A stretch of DNA of 64,000 bases from an uncultured bacterium (GTDB lineage Bacteria > Omnitrophota > Omnitrophia > Omnitrophales > Aquincolibacteriaceae), in NCBI GenBank assembly GCA_964482725.1, contig CAYZYT010000007.1, positions 19,875 through 83,874 of the forward strand, written 5' to 3'. Position 1 is the first letter of the stretch. Each line of letters opens with the position of its first letter. Shown one piece after another: positions 49,301-61,300 of this stretch. The notes under the pieces are model-generated. The model was not told the DNA's origin, did not search any database, and saw only the letters and a program-made list of their open reading frames with translations. The translations under genes and the position numbers were made by a program.

Positions 49301-52300
49301 GACCCAGCTTGGAGCAGAAATGCTTGCTTCCGAACTCAATGACGCGGTGTTGTTCGAGAACCTGGACACCGCTATTCAGCGCGCGATCGAACAAGTGCTC
49401 GGCGAAATGGATCAGAGCCCGGATCATGCCGCGGATTTTTACATAAGAGATCGCGATAATATTATTTCCAATCTCGAATCCCGCTCCGAGAATCGTCTGA
49501 TCGCAGGAGTGGCCGAGAAGGGAATGTCCTTTGAAGAGGTTCGCGAGGTTTCGCGCGCCCGCCGGAAAAAAGCGGCGTGGCAAGGAGGCATCCAATGGTG
49601 GCCGAAGGTCAGTGCCTTTCTGGGAGGCAATATTGCTTCCGCAGGGAATCTCGTTGCGCCATTGGCTGAAGAATCCGTCTATCAAGGTTCTTTGGACGTA
49701 CGTTCCGAGGCCCGTCTGTACAAAAAAGCCTGGGCCCATGTGACCGCGGTGACGTCTTCGGCCAAAGGGTTGAATCCGCTCTATGCGGTGATGACGGCGG
49801 CGGTGATCGGGGTTTCCGGATGTGCCAATTATCAAGGGGGGCTGTTGCACTCACTCCGGCATAATCCGCCGGCCAATATTCCCGATTATCGTAACCACTA
49901 TAGTCCTCCTCCCTATTATCGCGCTCCCTATGTTCCTAAGTCTCATTTTAAGCCGCCCGTTATTCCCATAAGACCGGTGCCCTCCGGGCCGAACCGTTCA
50001 GAGGTTCGAAAGTCTGTTGTTGGGAATAGCTCCAATCCGGTGGTTTCTCTCTGGGGCCTTGACACTTTTGACAGCCAACAGGGGTCGGTTCTGACCGCCA
50101 TTAATTCTGAATTTGTATTCCCGGGAGATTTCCAATTGCAAGCATCTCTTTTGGCGGATTATTCGGTGATTGAGGAGCTTCACCAGGGTTCCTTCAAGGC
50201 AGGGGATAAACAATATCATTTGGTGGTCGATGTCGGAGAGTCGATCGCAACTTTAAGACTTTCATTGGATGGAGAAATGAGGCTGACCGGCTGGAAATGG
50301 CTCAAAGATATCAGGTCCGAAGTTCAGGATTTGGCGCGTCACCCTTATGGGCTTTTAGCGGAAGTCAATGAAAGTCTGAGACGGCAGAATATCCCGGAGG
50401 TCAAACAGGAAACGACGCAAATTTACGGGCAGCAGCTCATCCATGGCGTCGAAAGCATCTTGGAAAAATTCCGTGGAAAACCCTTTACCGGCATTACCTA
50501 TCAACAAGTCGCCGGACGGTCGGAAGTGCGAACCGTAGGCTCCTCCGCGGAGGAATTGGACCGGGCGATCGATGCGGCCTACGTGAAAAAAAGACAGCTT
50601 GAATCGAAAGTCGGGGAAGCCAGGAGAAACTATGAGTCCTCGTACTGGCGGGAAACGGATGCCCGGCGCAGGGAAAATCTTCGCGATGGGGATCGGGATC
50701 TCGAGCAATTGAAAGATGAAACGGACAGCCTCCGTGTGACCCGCGACTCTCTGCAAAAAGAGCTGGAAACCGTCACGATCCAGATCCGGCGGTTGCTGGA
50801 CGAGAAGCATCCCGTGAAACGCTCGGAAGTGCGGGAAACGACGAAGCAGGCGCTGATCAGGGTCAATGCTGAAATGGAAGGGCTCGATCGATTGATCTCG
50901 GAGCTCACAAGAGCCCCGGAGTCGGCGGACAAGGACGAAAGGCTTGAAGCGCTGAACGCAAGTTATGACGAGCTTGAAGAAAAACGGCAGCACCTCGCGC
51001 GGCTAGGAGTGATCAAAAAAGCCTGGGCCCATGTGTCAGCCGTGACTTCTGCAGCCAAGGGACTCAATCCTCTCTACACGGTCGGGCTGGCAATTTTTGA
51101 ACAATGGTTATGGCATCCCCGAAGCCTCACGCTCGCTCAGGCAGCTCATGTCGAGCAAGCCGCATCGATGGAAGCGCGTTTGGATACCCTCCGGGCATTG
51201 GGCGCGAACCCGGGCCTGGGCTATCAGCGATTTGTTTATCATTTGATGCGCGCCGAGTTATCGCCTTCCGAGTGGCGCCGTTTTGACCGCGCTTTGATGT
51301 GGGAAGTTGATGCTGAGAAAAAGGTAGCGTCTGTACGTTCGGAACTGAGGGGTGGGAAAAACATTGCGGGAATGTTGAAACAAAAAGGCCTGGATGACAA
51401 CGAGATCCGTCTTTTGGCGGCGGCCGTTCTAGTCAGTGGGGGGAGAGGGAACCTCAGTCAGGCTGGGGTCATATTAAAGAATACGAATACTCTTCCGGAG
51501 GTGACTCCGGAGATGCTGGTGGCTTTCCAGACGCTCATGTCCCGTCCGGAAGATATGCGGGCGGTATGGCTGAAGCTTGATGACCAGCTCCGATTTTCAC
51601 ATGACATCGAGGCTCTTTATTTTCAAGACGAAAATCTCGGCGCTGCACACCGTTTAATGCATAAGGCACAGGTTCTTATCGATGTTTTTCGGGCCCTCCG
51701 CGGAGAGATTTCGTCCATGGGCAATCGTTCTGAAATCAGAGCCGAAGTTGATCCCGAGACGGCGGCGAAGATCGCGGATCGCTGGAAAAAGATCCGCTAC
51801 ATGGAAACGGACCCCGAGGGCGTGAAGCTCAAGGCCGAAGCCGAAGAAAAGGGCGAAGGTTTCCTGAATAACGCCCAGGCGACGATCCGTAAAGTGGCGG
51901 CTCAGATCAAGCTCGATCCGAAGATCCTTGAAAAGCTTTTGCAGTTCACCAAAGTCATTCGTGTCAAGATCCCGCTCACCCTCGATGAGGGCGGGGAGAC
52001 GCAATATATTGACGGATTTCGGATCGGCCACGCGCCCTATCGCGGGCCCTACAAAGGCGGCATCCGTTTTGCGATCGGCGTTGTGGAAAATATGATCAAG
52101 GCCCTCGCGACAGAAATGAGCGTCAAGAACGCTATTGCCGGGCTTCCTTACGGTGGCGGCAAAGGCGGCGTTGCGATCGATCCGAAGTATTTGTCGATCA
52201 AAGAACTTGCGCGTCTGACCCGCGGCTATGTGGAGCAATGCCTGAAGCAGGATCCGAACGCGTTCGGGGCGCTCCTGGATGTTCCGGCCGGAGATATCGG

Positions 52301-55300
52301 AACGACTTCCCGTGAGATGGGCTGGTTCGCAGATGAATTCCTGCGGATCAAGGGTTCGGATCTTTTTGATACGGATGGATACCGGGACTTCCTCGCAAAA
52401 GGGGATGAAAAGGGAAAGCCTTACGACGAAACCGGAATGCCGCGCCTTCAATTCTATATGAAGGAATACTACGGCAAACGGCATATCGACATGAGCGAAG
52501 GATCTCTCATCGCGACCGTGACGGCCAAACCCGAAGGAAAGGGCGGTGCTGTGGGGCGTACGCCGGCGACCGGCCTTGGTCTTTATTATGTGACGCGGGA
52601 TGCGCTGAAGATCTACGGGGATCGCCTCGGGATCGGTGCGAGTGTCGCGCAGCAAAGAATCGCCGTCGAAGCGTACGGGAATGTCGGAAGTTACGCCGCG
52701 CGGAGCTTTTTTGATAACGGCGCCAAGGTCATGGCGATCAAAGAATTTATCGGGAGGCCGGTTGCAGTTGTCGCCACAACGGATCGCGGTATGGATCTGA
52801 ACAAACTCGACAAGCATCTGGCCGAAAAGAACGCGGACGGCACATCGAAGAAGAACACGGTCCTGACTTATGTGGAAGCGCATCCTGAGGACGCGCGCCT
52901 GGCTACGATCGAGGGGTTCTGGTCAAGCGACGTTACGGTCCTCGCCCTTTGCGCCAAAGAGAAAACGGTCAATAAAGAGATCGCCGCGCTTATCAAGGCA
53001 AAGATCATTTCGGAAGGGGCCAACGGGCCGCTTGAGAACGACGGATCCGAACAGATCCTTCTGGATAAAGGCGCGATCATTCTTCCGGACGTTGCCACCA
53101 ACGACGGCGGCGTGGCATTCTCCTCCCTCGAGTGGCGGGCGAATAATATCGGCGAATCATGGCCGGAGGTCGCGGGGAACGGTCTGATGGAAGACAAAGT
53201 CGTAAGTGCCTTCTATGATATTTCCAGGGTCTCCGAATCCCAGAAGATCACGCTCCGTGAAGCGGCCTACCAGATCGCGATCAGCAAGATCGTGGACGCG
53301 ATGCTCGCGGCGGATCCCGAACTGGGGAATCTTTTTGATGAAACACATCCCGCTTATGTGATGGATGCCGGGGCGAAGCGCTGGCGGCCGGAGACCTGGC
53401 AGGAGCTTCGTCAGATCGATTCGCGGAAGGCGAAGGCCGCTCTGATCGATCGGGCCGACGAGGTCATGAATAAAAAGATCGATGAGATCGTTTCGGAAGC
53501 GCTCCGTGACCTTCCCTCAAAACGGGGCAGTGTGATCCTGATCGGCGGCCCGAGGGCTGCCGGGAAACCCATGCTGGGTGCGAACATGTTGGCGAAACTT
53601 CGTGCCCGGGGGCTCAAGGCCAGCATTCTTGATATGGATAATCAAAGGATGGATGATCTGACCAACGTTCTCCGGGGAAAGAAAGTTCCTGTTCTTCTCG
53701 AGGACGGGTCGCGGGACGGGGATCTCCAACTCGGCACAGATGAAATATTGATCGTGAATGGCTATTACGCTTTGGGCGACGAGATCCTCCGGAGGATCCA
53801 TGCCATCCAAGGAAAAGCATTCCCCCTCATTGCTTACAGCTCCCCGGACATTCTTCTTTCTAATAACTGGGCGCTGACGGCTTACGATGTCCGGCTGATG
53901 CGCGATACTCTGAGCGGCCTTGTGGTGGGGGAAGAAATGAGTGTCCAGGAAGTGATCCGCCGGTGGCAGCTCCAGCGCGTTTCGGAAACGGAAGCTGTCT
54001 TTGCGACCTGGAAGAACGCCAAGCGTGCGATCAACACCTATTTACCTTACGAATTACCTTTCCTGAAATCCCTGGTGGGGCCGCTCATCAAGATCGCGAT
54101 CGCCCAGGAATCCCGGGAACCCGGGGATGACGGGTATACGCTGAATGTCCTGCGTCATCTCGACAGCCTCTTGCGCAATGTCGAAGGCTGGGACGTTTCC
54201 CTGTTGGAAGGTCATCATGATTCCGTATTGTGGGAATACGTCCAGCGCTATGTACCGAATGGCACGACCGGGGTTCGTTCCGAATTGCGCGGCGGGGCCG
54301 ACCTGACCCGCGAAGCGAAGCTCGAGCAGTATTCCTGGAAGTTCCTCGGCCATGTTTGGGGCGTGACATTGTCGGGATTGGCTTTCGCGGCCGGAATATT
54401 TTACGCGGCCGAAGCTTTGGGATACCTCTCGGTGGCGGGACAAATTTTCTCCGAATTGTGGGCCGCTGGATGGGTTTTGGGTTATTCCATGATCATGGCC
54501 CTCGTCGGTGGGTTCGGCGTTTCTTATTTTATCCGGTTGTATCAAGAAACAAAATCCGGGGCGCTCGCGGAACTGGCACAGGAAAGACTTGCGGCGGATC
54601 TGGAAAGTGTGAAGGACCGGATTACGAAGGAACTTTCCCGCTATCCTTCGATCCCGCAGCGTTTCACAGCAGGATTTCAGGCTGTCCGTAATGACTTATC
54701 TCAAGCGGATCAGGTCATCAGCTATCTCGAAGCCTTGGTGGGGGATCTTACGACCTACGGAGAAAAACATCCTTCGGACGCAAAGGACGCCTGGGCCACC
54801 TGTGATGTCCTCGACAGGATCGCCGAAGAACTTTCTTTTTATCCGGATTCTTCGCGCTCGGAAATCCGGTCGAAGGAAGACTTTGCAGCCTTCGTAGATA
54901 AGTTTTTGAAACGTTCGGAAATCGTCAAAGAACTTGATGGTGTGGAACTTACGCTTCGTGCCATCAAAGAAATGGCGCAGGAAGCCATTCCGGACGACAA
55001 GATGACTCGTGTTGTGAGCGATGTGATGCTCCGGGCGGCAAAACAGGATGGATTGAAGCAGCCGCTTATTCATAAGGGTTTGAAAAATGCCTATCCCAGG
55101 AACTCCCAGCGCGGAAAACGGGTCATGGCAGAGACCCTTGCCGAAGCCTTTTCGGTCGCTCTTTCAGGCAATGATCCGTACGATGTCCGGGAAGCTCTGA
55201 CGGTTTTCCGGCGGGCGCTCACGGCCTATTCGAAGGAAACGGGCAGTTTTTCAAGTGGACAACAAGAAGCGGCAAAGACCTTGGCTGCGCAGCTGGGGAT

Positions 55301-58300
55301 CAAGTGGGACCGGATCCGAAGCCATGGGCTTTTGGCTTTTGATATGCAGAAAACACTTGTCGAGCGCAAAGAGATCCTGACCGATGGGTTGAGGGATGGT
55401 CTTATATGGTTGCTCTCGGAAGGGGTTCCTGTCGTAGTCATTTCGGCCAATTCGCGCGAAGAGATCTGGCAACAACTTATGGAGCCGATTCTCAAAGAAC
55501 TCCGCGCCCGGAATAAACTCTCTGTCATCGAAAATATGCTTGTCTATGCCAATAGCGGGACGTCGAAGTACTGGGTCGACAGTATGGGCGAGCGGCACTT
55601 GGATGTTGGGTTCAGTAAACAGTTCATGATCGGGCAAGAGGTCGAGCGGGCGATTCAGGAGGGGCTTAAAGATCTAGCCGTGAGGGGATTTTTTATCCCC
55701 CCAGCGGAGTGGCCTGCTTTCCGGGATCTTTATGAGAGGGATAAAGTTAAAGATGGCCTGGAAACGGAATTTCAGTTCCCCTGGATGGGAAAAAATATTT
55801 CACGAAGTGCTTATGAACCTTCCATCGTCCAGCGTTTAAAAAATGAAAAGATCGTCCAGGCCCCTTATATCATCCGCCGTGGACTTTTGGAAGGGGACGG
55901 GGATCAGCGCGGGACCGCGCTTGCGATCCGGCAGTTCTTGCCCGGCCAGCGGGAAAAAGCATGGCATTCCTTGGAGGAATTGTTACCGGCACGTTTGGGC
56001 GCTTTGGCGTCACAGTTCGCACTGCGCGGGGGAGGGGTATCGACGATCGATCTCTCCAATAAAAACGCGAATAAGGCCATGGCTTTTCGCGATGCCGTTG
56101 GATTTTTTCAGAAAAAGGGTCGCCGGGTGGACTTCCATGATGTTGTCTACCACGGGGATGAGGTTTGGAGGGGTTCCGAGGGAACCGCGGCGAAGAACCG
56201 CGGGAACGACATGATCATGCTCGAAAATGATTTTGACGGAGATCCGGGATACAAAAAATTTCAAGTGGTAGCTTTTAATCCGAATCCTCCCGAGGGGCTT
56301 TCTGCCGAGTACCAGACCCGCACCTCCTACATCGGGGGGGAGCAGCGCGGTGTGGAACTTTATCTTGGGTTGCTGAAGCAATCGGTTGAAAACCTCCGCG
56401 AGAGGAGCGGCGAAGCGGTTCCCGTACGCTCCGAGGTAAGGGGATTTGTGGCGCTCGCGGAAAATGCGCTCAAGAAGCGTTGGATCAGTGAAGCGGCTCT
56501 TGCCAATATCCGTTCATGGTCCGGGCCGGAATATGCCCGTGTGCATGGCCAGTTGGATGAAGAATTAAAAGCGGCGGGACAGGATCCGAAGGCTTGGTCG
56601 AAGATAAACGACGCGTGGTACACGAAGGTTGCGGTTGGTACGGCCGGAATGCGCGGAACCCTGGGGCTTGGGACGAACCGGATCAGTGAATACACCCTCG
56701 GTTCGCTTATGATGGCCCATGCGCTTTCCGTGAACGATCCCGCTTATACGCAGATCATTGAAGAAAATTATCCGGAGTTTCGTGCGAAGGATCTCCATCG
56801 CGCGGTCGTGATCGGCGGGGATTCTCGCTATGGTTCCTATGATGCTCAAACGAAAAAACCGGGCCGCCACATCAAACTCGAAGCGCTTATCAATGTGGCG
56901 TTGGGTATCAAAGCCTATGTGTTCAAGAGTCCCGCCTCTACGCCCCAGTTGGCATGGGCCGTTCATGAACTCGACGTTGAGCCCACGGACCTGCTTGTTT
57001 CGGGCTCCATGAATACTGCCAGCCATAATCCGCTTACCGATAACGGGAATAAACCCTACAAGATCGACGGGTCGCAGTCTACCGGGGTATTTTCGGAGCT
57101 TATGGCGAAAAACCTTTCGAATGCCGGCGTTACCGCTCTGAATGCCCTCACCTATGATGGCTTGAGCGTTCTGGAGAATGTGGACGAGGCTTTTGCGCGC
57201 GCCGTGGCCAAGGGCGATATCCGCTGGGTCGGCGGGACGGACGATGATTCCTATGCGAAGGATGCGTACCATGCGGATGAGCTCTTCGTTCAGCGCGAGC
57301 TTCAGGAAGCTATCCATACGATCAACGGGATTTTTGATAACGCAAAGATCGATCTTGGAAATTCCAGGATCGTGATTTCGCCGCTTTTTGGCGTGTCACG
57401 GCACATCCTGAAAAAGATCATTAAAGCTCGCGGCCTGAGCGAAGACCAGATTGTTTGGGTCGAGGATGAACCCAATCCCGATTTCCCAGGAGTGAAAGGC
57501 GGCAAGCCGAATCCCGAGGAACCGAAGGCGCGCCTGGCCGCTCTCCGCAAAGCCGTAGAAGTGAATGCCGACCTTGTGCTTTGGACCGATCCGGACGCCG
57601 ATCGTCCCGCGGTCGCTGCCAAGAAAGATCTGACAAAGAAAGCTGTTTCGACTGACGATTACGTTTCATTTAACGGCAACCAGCAGCTGGCGATCCTGAT
57701 CGATTATCTTGTCCGCGAGCTGAAGTCGCTTGCGGCGGGGCACTCCCTGGCCGATGACGAAACGCGGACTCATCTGGCGCGCCAGGCCGCCGTGATCATG
57801 TCCAATATAGGGAAAACGTTCGCAGCATTCAGTCTTGTTTCGGCCGACCTTCCGAAGATGATCGCGCGAAATGCCGGGATGGAAGTCGTGGGAACACTGG
57901 TCGGCTTCAAATATATCGGCGACCAGATCGAGCTTCGTTCCAAAATGATCCAGAAGCTTGCCGGGATCACCGAGACCGAGTGGCAGGGTCTGAGCAATTC
58001 ACGGAAGCTCGAATTGGGACTTCAGTATTCCCAGGCCTTTATCTTCGGCGGTGAGGAGTCGCTTGGCGCTCTTTCAAGCGACGGGCCGCATGACAAGGAT
58101 GCGCTCGCGGGAGTGATGTGGTTTGTTGAGATCATGGGCCGTCTCCGGAAGGACGGACTTACGTTGAATGATCGCCTGACGGAAATTTATAAGACGTACA
58201 GCTATTTCTCCGAGCGCTTTCCGATGCTCGAAAAAGGCAAGACTTATGCCGGGGTTGATCTTAGCGAAGACGAGGCCACTCAGGTCATTAAGGCCGAGAA

Positions 58301-61300
58301 GGGCCCGAGTATCATGAATTTCTTTCGTGCGACGCCGCCCCGTGCCATCGCGGGCAAGAAAGTCATTGCGATCCTCGATATGCTGGCTCAGACCGCAAAG
58401 GATGTAGACGGGAATCTTCTCTTTGATGCGGATCATCCAGGCGGTTTAGTGACGCCTCAAACAGCCGGGATACCGGAATCATTTCGGAGTGCATTGTCCC
58501 AGATCCAAGTACCGGCGACGATTCATCCGGCAAACAAACATCTTTTGCGGGGGATCTATTCTTTCCGGCACAAGCCGGTTCCGGGTTCGTCGGGTGCAGG
58601 GGAAGCGCTTCCCAGGGAAGCTTTCATCCGCCTACTGCTTGAGGACGGCTCGATCGTGACGCCGCGGCCTTCCGGGACGGAGCCGAAGCTGAAATTTTAT
58701 ATTCTGGGGCGCGGTCTTTATGAAAATAAAGCTGCGGTGGATGCCTGGGTCGAAGCCGCGTCAAAAGAGCTCGATGCGATCGGCGACGGGGTCGCCAAGC
58801 AGCGTTTTCCTGAAAGATTTACGGCGCGGGCAGAAACGAGCTCAACCCTGAGCCTGAAACGCTCAGGACTTCGCGGGAAATTCGACGCACTCATGGAGAT
58901 GAATATTTCGTCGCTTGACGATACGCGGGATCCCACCATGAAGCAACTTTGGAATGCCGTGCGGAAAGCCATGAATCGGGATGAAAGTGTCCGGCGGAAT
59001 ATTGCGGATGCGAACACGGCTAACGATAGCGTCAGTGCCGCCAAGGCAACGGAGCAGATCTCTCGGGCCATGGACATGGCCTTGGACGCGCAGAAGGCGG
59101 CAGCGGTTCAGGAAGGAAAACGCGTTTTCGGGGATAGGAGCACTGTTGCGAGTATGGCCGCAGTGGTAGCGATCGCACCTTTTGTGATGTCGCCGGTTCT
59201 TGCCGTGATGGTCGAGATCTTGGGAATTTACTCTTTGGTGGACTTGCTCTCGACCGGTTCCCTCAGGTGGAAGCGGAAAGGGTTAAGCTTGAACGATGTC
59301 GAATACTATAAACCTTTGATCCGGCTCGCGTTCGAACGGACGGAGAGCCAGATCATCGCTGAAGCTACGGAGAAGGCTGCGCGTAGCGAGATTCGGGACG
59401 GCGCTGCGGAACCGGCGAAAACCACCGTTTCTTCTGAACCGGCCGTCCAACCTGCTGAAAAAGTGGTAGCGCCGGTGGTCGAAAAAACTCCGGAAGAGAA
59501 GAAGCCCGCGGTTGTTGCGGCGCCTGTTGCGGCGAGCGAACAAAATGCTGTTTCAGGCAATTTACCCTACCTCGTAGCCGCAATCACCGGATTGACTATC
59601 CTTGGGGCGCTTGCCGCCGTCGCCTTGTATGCACTTGAAGGCGAATCGACCCATGACAAGTTCGTGAAGATTTCTGTGGCGGTAGTTTGTGCGTTGGTCG
59701 GTGCAGGTGGGATTTTTGCGGTGCTATTCGGGGTTGCTTCCTTGGATTTTATGAGGAGCTCTCGTGGAAATTCTTCTAGGAGTCCGCTCGAGCTTGCAGA
59801 GAGTGAATCCCTACGATTGATCAAGAAAGTGGAATCCAAGATCCGGCCTGAACAAAATCGGCTTGAGGCTATCACAAAGCATGCGATGACAGAAGCGGCC
59901 GCCGCAGGAGATAAAAAGAAGCAGCCGGTCGTGGAATCGAGCGAAACGCTGCAGTTGCGTGCCAAGGTTGAGGCCCAGGAAGAAGTAGCAAGACAGATGA
60001 GGTCAATCGCAGAGGAATACAAACAGTTTGAAATTTTGAGCTCGCGGGCCGTCAAAAAGCAGCAGCCTCAGATCGATGCTGTGACTCAGAAGATCCGGGC
60101 GCTCTATGAGCCGTGGGCTGCCGAAGAGGCCAAGAAGGTGAGTGCCGCTGCTGCCAAGCGATCCGAAATCCGTCAAACCTCTTCATCGGATCCGGAAGCG
60201 ATCCAGGCCTTGGTTGAAAGGATCGGGGATCTTGAAAGCCGTTATGAAAAACTGAAAAGCCAGAGCGGGCATGCGGCCCAGCGCGAAGTCCGTCGAGTTA
60301 AAAGAGAGCTGGATCAGGCGAGGGCAAGTCTTGAACGGACGGAATCATCCGTTGGTCGCTCCGAGGTTCGCCAGGATGATGAAAAAGAGCTTCGGGAACT
60401 GCGTTCCCGATGGGATGAGCTTATGCAGAGCAAGGTGCATACCTGGAGAGTTGCGGCAGAGCTTAGTCAGGTCCAGGCAAAGATCTCCGCGATCCTGGAT
60501 TCTCAAAAGGCCAAAGTCAAGCAGGTCATCGATCTTGAGATCGTTCCGGAGTTGATGAAAAGAATCTCGGACATGGAAATGGCGGTTCGAAAACAAAGGC
60601 TGGATGAATCGACGACGCTTGAAGTGATAAGTCTCTTGGGGACACGGGTCGAAAGGGTCTATGCGGCGATAGCTCCCGTGGCCGTTTCCCGTGGTTTGGA
60701 TCCCTTGGGCATGTTGCGGTTCTTTTATGGGATGGCCCCGACCCACGAAGATCCGAATAAGAAATTCATGGATATTTACAAGGCGTTTTTTATGGGAGAT
60801 CGAGAAAAGATCAATGCTCTGAGCTTTCAAATCGTCGGCTTACCCATCAGGGATATGGATACAGCCCGTGAGATTTTTGGAGAGAAATTCTCGCCGTGGA
60901 TCGCTGCCTTGCTCGAGTTGCCCAAGGACATTTTTGAGCGCAAGTTCGTTCAACAGACGAGTGAAGGATCTAAGGAGCTCGACGGCCGGATCGTCGCCCT
61001 GGCAAATTTTCTGCAGCACATGACCGCCTTTTATCAGGGGAGCCACCGGGAGGCGCTTCTTGCGGAAGCTGGGATGCTTTTGACCGCATGGGACGGCTGG
61101 GCCAATCCCTCCAGGGTCATTCCCGTGGCGCCTCAGACACTTCAGGTTGGGGGGCTTCAGGTCATCCAACATTCCTATTACAGATCGCCGGGCGTTACCA
61201 TAGACAACAAGCCGGTCTCTCAGGCAAATAAGCGGGCGGAGATTCGCGCAGAAGTGCTCGCCGCAACCACTTCTCTTCCGTTGAGCCGTGAAGTTGTGGT

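Noticed and set aside
41604-54930. Near-miss motifs RSELK (41604), RSELL (49176), RSEVQ (50313), RAELS (~51250) and RSEIV (~54912)
   Set aside because: They lack the final Arg and mostly lie within apparent helices, so they were left out of the count; some may be decayed sites.
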